64,000 bases of DNA from Eledone cirrhosa (Eukaryota). Location: positions 34,968,001-35,032,000 of the forward strand of contig OZ024748.1 in NCBI GenBank assembly GCA_964016885.1, in the 5' to 3' direction. A program made the position numbers and the translations under genes. The notes under the pieces were generated by a model. The model had not been told where the DNA came from and did no database searches. It saw nothing but the letters and a program-made list of their open reading frames with translations. This document shows positions 57,760-64,000 of this stretch, piece after piece. Each line of letters opens with the position of its first letter. Position 1 is the first letter of the stretch.

Positions 57760-57835
<76 letters not shown>

Positions 57836-57860
57836 TGTATATATATATATACAAATTTTG

Positions 57861-57923
57861 TATTTTATCTGATGAAAGCGTACCAATGTGTCTTGGTACC
57901 CTTGAAATATATATAATAAAATA
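57861..57923 (+). ncRNA. Type I hammerhead ribozyme motif followed by a PLE-type tail (to ~58063)
   Basis: tattttat-CTGATGA-aagcgtaccaa-tgtgtc-ttggtaccctt-GAAA-tatata-TA-ataaaata. Confidence 0.85.
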
Positions 57924-58081
57924 AATATGGTTTTATAAATATAGTTTCCATTTATTTAATATCATTGAATATTTACTCCAGTACCTTGTTGAATGCTCTA
58001 AATCAGTGATAGACATTTATATTTGTCTGACTTCCAACAAATTAAATACCCCTTCTACTTCTAAATATATACATATATGTA

Positions 58082-58527
58082 TGCAAAAGTTTTATTTAAC
58101 ATTGTTGGGTTACAACGAGTAAATATTTTATAACTGATATAAAAGCACTCAACAGTTTCTGGAGTAGGTTTACGATATTAAACAAATGGAAACTATATTT
58201 ATAAAACCATATTTATTTCGTTATATATATTTCTGGGATATCATATTAAAAATATGGTATGCCTTCCTCAGACAAAATACAATACATAAGCTGTTTTATA
58301 AATAATTAGTGACATACCTTGTAATAATGCAACTTCCTTTTAAAAAGTTGATTTTTAAAAGGAAGTTGCATTATTACAAGGTATGTCACTAATTATTTAT
58401 AAAACAGCTTATGTATTGTATTTTGTCTGAGGAAGGCATACCATATTTTTAATATAATATCCCAGAAATATATATAACAAAATAAATATGGTTTTATAAA
58501 TATAGTTTCCATTTGTTTAATATCGTA
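58082..58527 (-). mobile_element. PLE-type fold-back cassette (tail 58082-58170; ~175-bp arms spanning 58171-58527)
   Basis: Near-perfect palindrome centred at ~58349 with a hammerhead motif in each arm. Confidence 0.82.
58419..58484 (+). ncRNA. Type I hammerhead ribozyme motif
   Basis: tattttgt-CTGAGGA-...-GAAA-tatata-TA-acaaaata. Mirror copy on the - strand at 58214-58279. Confidence 0.75.
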
Positions 58528-59119
58528 TATATATGTATATATATATGTATATATATGCATATATATTTCTGTATATATATGTATGTATATAGATGTATAT
58601 ATATATATATGTATATGTATATATATATGTATAAGTATATATATATATATATATGCGTGTATATATATGTATATGTGTGTGTATATGTGTATATATATGT
58701 ATATGTGTATATATATGTATATATATACGTATATAGATATATATGTATATGTATGTGTATATATATGTATATATATATGTATATATATATGTATATATAT
58801 GTATGTATATATATATGTATATATATATATATATAGATATATATGTATGTATATGTATATATATGTATAAAGATATATGTATATGTATATATATATGTAT
58901 ATATATGTATATATATATGTATAGGAACCAGTAAGGGGTCTTACTGGTTCCTATTACCCACTCTACTACCTCAAGTATTGAGTACTTTGGTGCGTTATGG
59001 TCCACCTGGTTCCTTACCACATTTCCTTCGTTATATATATGTATATATATGTATATATATATATGTATATATATGTATATATATGTATATATATGTATAT
59101 ATGTATATGTATATATATA

Positions 59120-59468
59120 TATTGTTATACTTTGGGAGGGTCATGTTGCCAATAAGAAACACACGCACCAGTTGCTTTCACTTCAATTTAATTTATTAAA
59201 TATTTATAAATTTACAAATTTATAAATTTCTGGTTGGCTGGTTGGCTCCACAACCAGATAGTTGTTTATATATATATAGTCATAGTTCTTTCGTCACACA
59301 CTCTGTGACCTCTTCAGTGACTGGGGATTTCTTTCTTCGTTTCTGTGCCTTTCCTTTCTTCTATCCTACGCCAAAAATGGCAACATGACCCTCCCAAAGT
59401 ATAACAATATCGGTTTCAACACACGATTTCAGATAAAGAATCTTGCTAAACAAATTCAGAAACGAAAT
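59120..59468. mobile_element. ORF-less PLE terminus cassette with ~32-bp inverted ends plus tail; hammerhead motif at 59278-59322 (-)
   Basis: attgttatactttgggagggtcatgttgcca is inverted at 59378-59409. Motif reads agtca-CTGAAGA-ggtcaca..tgtgac-GAAA-gaac-TA-tgact. Confidence 0.8.
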
Positions 59469-59885
59469 ATATATATATATGTATATATATATATGTATAT
59501 ATGTATATGTATATATATATATGTATATGTATATATATATATGTATATATATATATATGTATATATGTATATATGTATATATATATATGTATATATATAT
59601 ATATGTATATATGTATATATGTATATATGTATATATATATATGTATATATATATGTATATATATATGTATATATGTATATATATATATGTATATATATAT
59701 GTATATATATATATGTATATATATATATGTATATATATATGTATATATATATGTATATATGTATATGTCATATATATATGTATATATATATATGTATATA
59801 TATATGTATATATATATATGTATATATATATGTATATATATATGTATATATATATATGTATATATATATGTATATATATATATGT

Positions 59886-59918
<33 letters not shown>

Positions 59919-60208
59919 TATATATATGTATATGTATATATATATGTATATGTATATATATCTATATATGTATATGTATATATATCTATATATGTATATG
60001 TATATATATCTATATATGTATATGTATATATATCTATATATGTATATGTATATATATCTATATATATCTGTATATGTATATATATCTATATATGTATATG
60101 TATATATATCTATATATATCTGTATATGTATATATATCTATATATGTATATATATCTATATATGTATATGTATATATATCTATATATATCTATATATGTA
60201 TATATATC

Positions 60209-60407
60209 TAGAAGTCTTTGGACAAATTCCTCCAAGTAATCCCGGACAAACCACCCACACCCGGATATGTCTCCGCAAACAGTAATTCTCTTCTCGAATG
60301 GGCCATGGTGCCCAAATCCTGAATTGAAAGACTTCGCCAGGTGGTGCTATTAAGTTAGACATGGCCTGGGCCAATACTGGCCAAAACATTTCAAAGTTAT
60401 TCAAAGT
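60209..60407 (+). mobile_element. 3'-terminal ~200 nt of LINE family 2
   Basis: Essentially identical reverse complement of 3686-3885. Confidence 0.93.
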
Positions 60408-60520
60408 ATCTATATATATCTATATATGTATATAGATGTATATATATCTATATGTATATAGATGTATATATAGCTATAGAGATATATATCTATATATGTA
60501 TATAGATGTATATATATCTA

Positions 60521-60552
<32 letters not shown>

Positions 60553-60557
<5 letters not shown>

Positions 60558-61323
60558 CCTGGGCATTGTGTGCAGAGGATATACGCAGACTAGAGAGGAA
60601 CGAAGCTTGCATGCTCCGCTGGATGTGTAACAGTAATATACGTGAACGGCAAAGCATAAACGAACTAAGGAAAAAATAGAAATAAGAGGGATCAGATGTT
60701 GTTTACTCGAGAGGAGGCTACGTTGGTATGGACATGTGATGCGCATGAAAGTCGATAGCTGTATAATAAAGTGCAGGGCAATAAAGATAGACGGTAGCCA
60801 CGGAATAGGCAGACCTAGAAAAACCTGGGACGAGCTGATAAACTCCGACCTCACACACTTACACCTCTCCAAGACAATGTCACTGGACCGAGACCTTTGG
60901 CGGTACTCAGTAACAGAGAAGACCCGCCTTACCTAAATACATAGTAAAACCAACTACAGCCAGTAGGCATCTCTAACAAAATACACCCCGTCCCCCCACC
61001 CCATCCACACCACCCCGTTCTATGTAAAGTTATGTTGGTGCCGCGCCATCCAGGCCGAAACAAATGAGATCGTGTAGGTGTCACGACAAAAAAACACACA
61101 GTCCACGCTGTAATGTGGCCGTGTAGGCAACACGGTAAAAACCTCCCATACCCACACTGTAAATGTGGTTGGTGTTAGGAAGGGCATCCAACTGTAGAAA
61201 ACCTGCCAGACAGTCCTATGCGAGCAAGACAATCACTCTTGCCTCAAGTGGGACTACCCCCGTCCAAACCCATGCAAGCTTGGAACACGGACGTTAAACG
61301 TTGATGATGATGATGATGATGAT
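60553..61323 (+). mobile_element. 5'-truncated RTE LINE (family A)
   Basis: Near-identical to 11260-12040. Confidence 0.92.
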
Positions 61324-61387
61324 ATGTATATATGTCTATATATCTATATATATATGTATATATATGTATATATATATCTATATATAT

Positions 61388-61588
61388 AGTTTTAATATAG
61401 ATGAGATTCTACAGGACTAGAACTGTTTCATTCTTTAGAAATCATCAAATATGTGATTCCTGATGATTTCTAAAGAATGAAACAGTTCTAGTCCTGTAGA
61501 ATCTCATCTATATTAAAACTTTTATACTCTGCAATGTATTGAGTACCTTACTTACTGTGGTTACCTCCGATTCAACCCGGAATAACGT
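61388..61588 (+). mobile_element. PLE-type fold-back cassette related to the 17461-21597 element; hammerhead motif at 61455-61503
   Basis: ~60-bp arms; gattc-CTGATGA-tttctaaagaat-GAAACAG-ttctagtc-CTGTA-gaatc. The tail resembles the reverse complement of 17461-17525. Confidence 0.82.
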
Positions 61589-61594
61589 ATCTAT

Positions 61595-62747
61595 ATCATC
61601 ATCATCATCATCGTTTAACGTCCGTGTACCACGCTGGCATGGGTTTGGACGGGGGTTTTCCCACTTGAGGCAAGAGTGATTGTCTTGCTCGCATAGGACT
61701 GTCTGGCGGGTTTTCTACAGCTGGATGCCCTTCCTAACACCAACCACATTTACAGTGTGGGACTGGGAGGTTTTTACCGTGTTGCCTACACGGCCACATT
61801 ACAGCGTGGACTGTGTGTTTTTTTGTCGTGACCCCTACACGATCTCATTTGTTTCGGCCTGGATGTGGTGGCACCAACATAACTTTACATTGAAAGGGGC
61901 GGTGTGGATGGGGTCGGGGTATAACTTTGCATTGAAAGGGGTGGTGGGGCGGGGGTGTATTTTGTTAGAGATGCCTACTGACTGTAGTAGGTTTTACTTT
62001 GTATTTAGGTAAGGCGGGTCTTCTCTATTACTGAGTACCGCCAAAGGTCTCGGTCCAGTGACATTGTCTTGGAGAGGTGTAAGTGTGTGAGGTCGGAATT
62101 TATCAGCTCGTCCCAGGTTTTTCTGGGTCTGCCTACTCCGTAGCTACCGTCTATCTTTATTGCCCTGCACTTTGTTATACAGCTGTCGTCTTTCATGCGC
62201 ATCACGTGACCATACCAACGTAGCCTTCTCTCGAGTAAACAACATCTGATCCCTCTTATTTCTAATTTTTTCCTTAGTTCACTTATGCTTTGCCGTTCAC
62301 GTTTGTTACTATTACACATCCAGCGGAGCATGCAAGCTTCGTTCCTCTCTAGTCTGCATATATCCTCTGCACACAAGGCCCAGGTCTCACTGCCATGCAA
62401 CATTGCTGTTCGTATGCAGGCATCATACAACCTGCCTTTCATTTTGAGGGAGAACCCTTTAGTGGCTAATAGTGGTATAAGCTCTCTGAACTTTTTCCAT
62501 CCAGTTCTGACTCTAGCTACTGTACTTTCAGAGCTCCCTCCCCCACTGCTGATTTTGTCACCCAGGTAACGGAAGCTATCCACTATTTCTATAGAACCCT
62601 CTGCGCAATTGAAAGAGCTAGTATTTTGTGGGCATTTGCTGCTACTTATTGCATCAGAGCACCGGCCACATGTAAAATCTATGTTCTTAGTTAGCTTACC
62701 TGTGATCCCACTACATCTTTTATGCACCCATACTTTGCATTTGGGAC
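61595..62747 (-). mobile_element. 5'-truncated RTE LINE (family A)
   Basis: ORF 62005-62727 matches the C-terminal half of the 44327-45988 ORF; (GAT)n tail. Confidence 0.93.
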
Positions 62748-62971
62748 ATATATATATATATGTATATATATATCTATATATATATATGTATATATATATA
62801 TCTATATATATAGATATATATATATATATCTATATATATAGATATATATCTATATATATATGTATATATATATCTATATATATATGTATATATATATAGA
62901 TATATATATACATATATATATAGATATATATATACATATATATATAGATATATATATAGATATATATATAG

Positions 62972-63031
<60 letters not shown>

Positions 63032-63212
63032 ATATATATATTTATATATATATATATATATATATAAGTATATATGTTTATATATAATATATCTATATAT
63101 AATATATGTATATATATATCTATATATATAAGTATATATATGTACATATAATATATGTATATATAATATATGTATATATATCTATATATATATGTATATA
63201 TATATCTACATA

Positions 63213-63281
<69 letters not shown>

Positions 63282-63288
63282 CTACATA

Positions 63289-63347
<59 letters not shown>

Positions 63348-63354
63348 CTACATA

Positions 63355-63407
<53 letters not shown>

Positions 63408-63430
63408 CTATATGTATATATATGTATATA

Positions 63431-63473
<43 letters not shown>

Positions 63474-63474
63474 G

Positions 63475-63505
<31 letters not shown>

Positions 63506-63852
63506 GTGTGTATGTATATATATATGTGTATATATATATCTATATATGTATATATGTATATATATTTATATATGTATATATATATATTTATATATGTATA
63601 TATATATATCTATATATGTATATATATATATGTATGTATATGTATATATATATGTGTATATATATGTATATATATGTGTATATATATATGTATATATATG
63701 TGTATATATATATGTATATATATGTGTATATATATATGTATATATATGTATATATATGTGTATATATATATGTATATATATGTGTATATATATATGTATA
63801 TATATGTGTATATATATGTATATATATATGTATATATATATGTATATATATG

Positions 63853-63885
<33 letters not shown>

Positions 63886-64000
63886 GTATATAGATATATA
63901 TATATATGTAGATAGATATATATGTAGATAGATATATATGTAGATAAATATATATATGTATATAGATATATATATGTAGATAGATATATATGTAGATAAA
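62748..64000. repeat. (TA)n-rich tract
   Basis: Direct reading of the sequence. Confidence 0.97.

Overview
This window is eukaryotic (animal) DNA that is extremely repeat-rich. Its SINE and LINE families resemble those of octopod cephalopods; that assignment is inferred from recalled repeat families and was not searched. Kilobase-scale (TA)n/(TATG)n tracts host nearly all insertions, and most predicted ORFs are Y/I-repeat artefacts. The only host-gene piece I can support is one 168-nt internal exon of a TSPAN13/31-type tetraspanin (55913-56080), followed by a U12-type 5' splice site. The mobile elements are: two CR1/L2-group LINE families (one apparently full length), several RTE LINE copies with a PHD-like finger in the RT C-terminal region, two Penelope-like element (PLE) relics (RT + GIY-YIG), CORE- and Deu/Nin-type SINEs, a non-autonomous Helitron, and piggyBac-type and Tc1/mariner-type MITEs. 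There are also many minisatellites. Two signals stand out. (1) About 13 type-I hammerhead ribozyme motifs from about six sequence families, most in ORF-less 'fold-back hairpin + short tail' cassettes inserted in (TA)n, with stem-I covariation visible between copies. (2) A full-length CR1-group LINE whose reconstructed ORF1 has a Myb/SANT-like domain, polyQ and two CCCH zinc fingers, and whose AUG-less ORF2 overlaps ORF1 in the -1 frame across two in-phase slippery heptamers. All domain and RNA-structure calls were made by eye.
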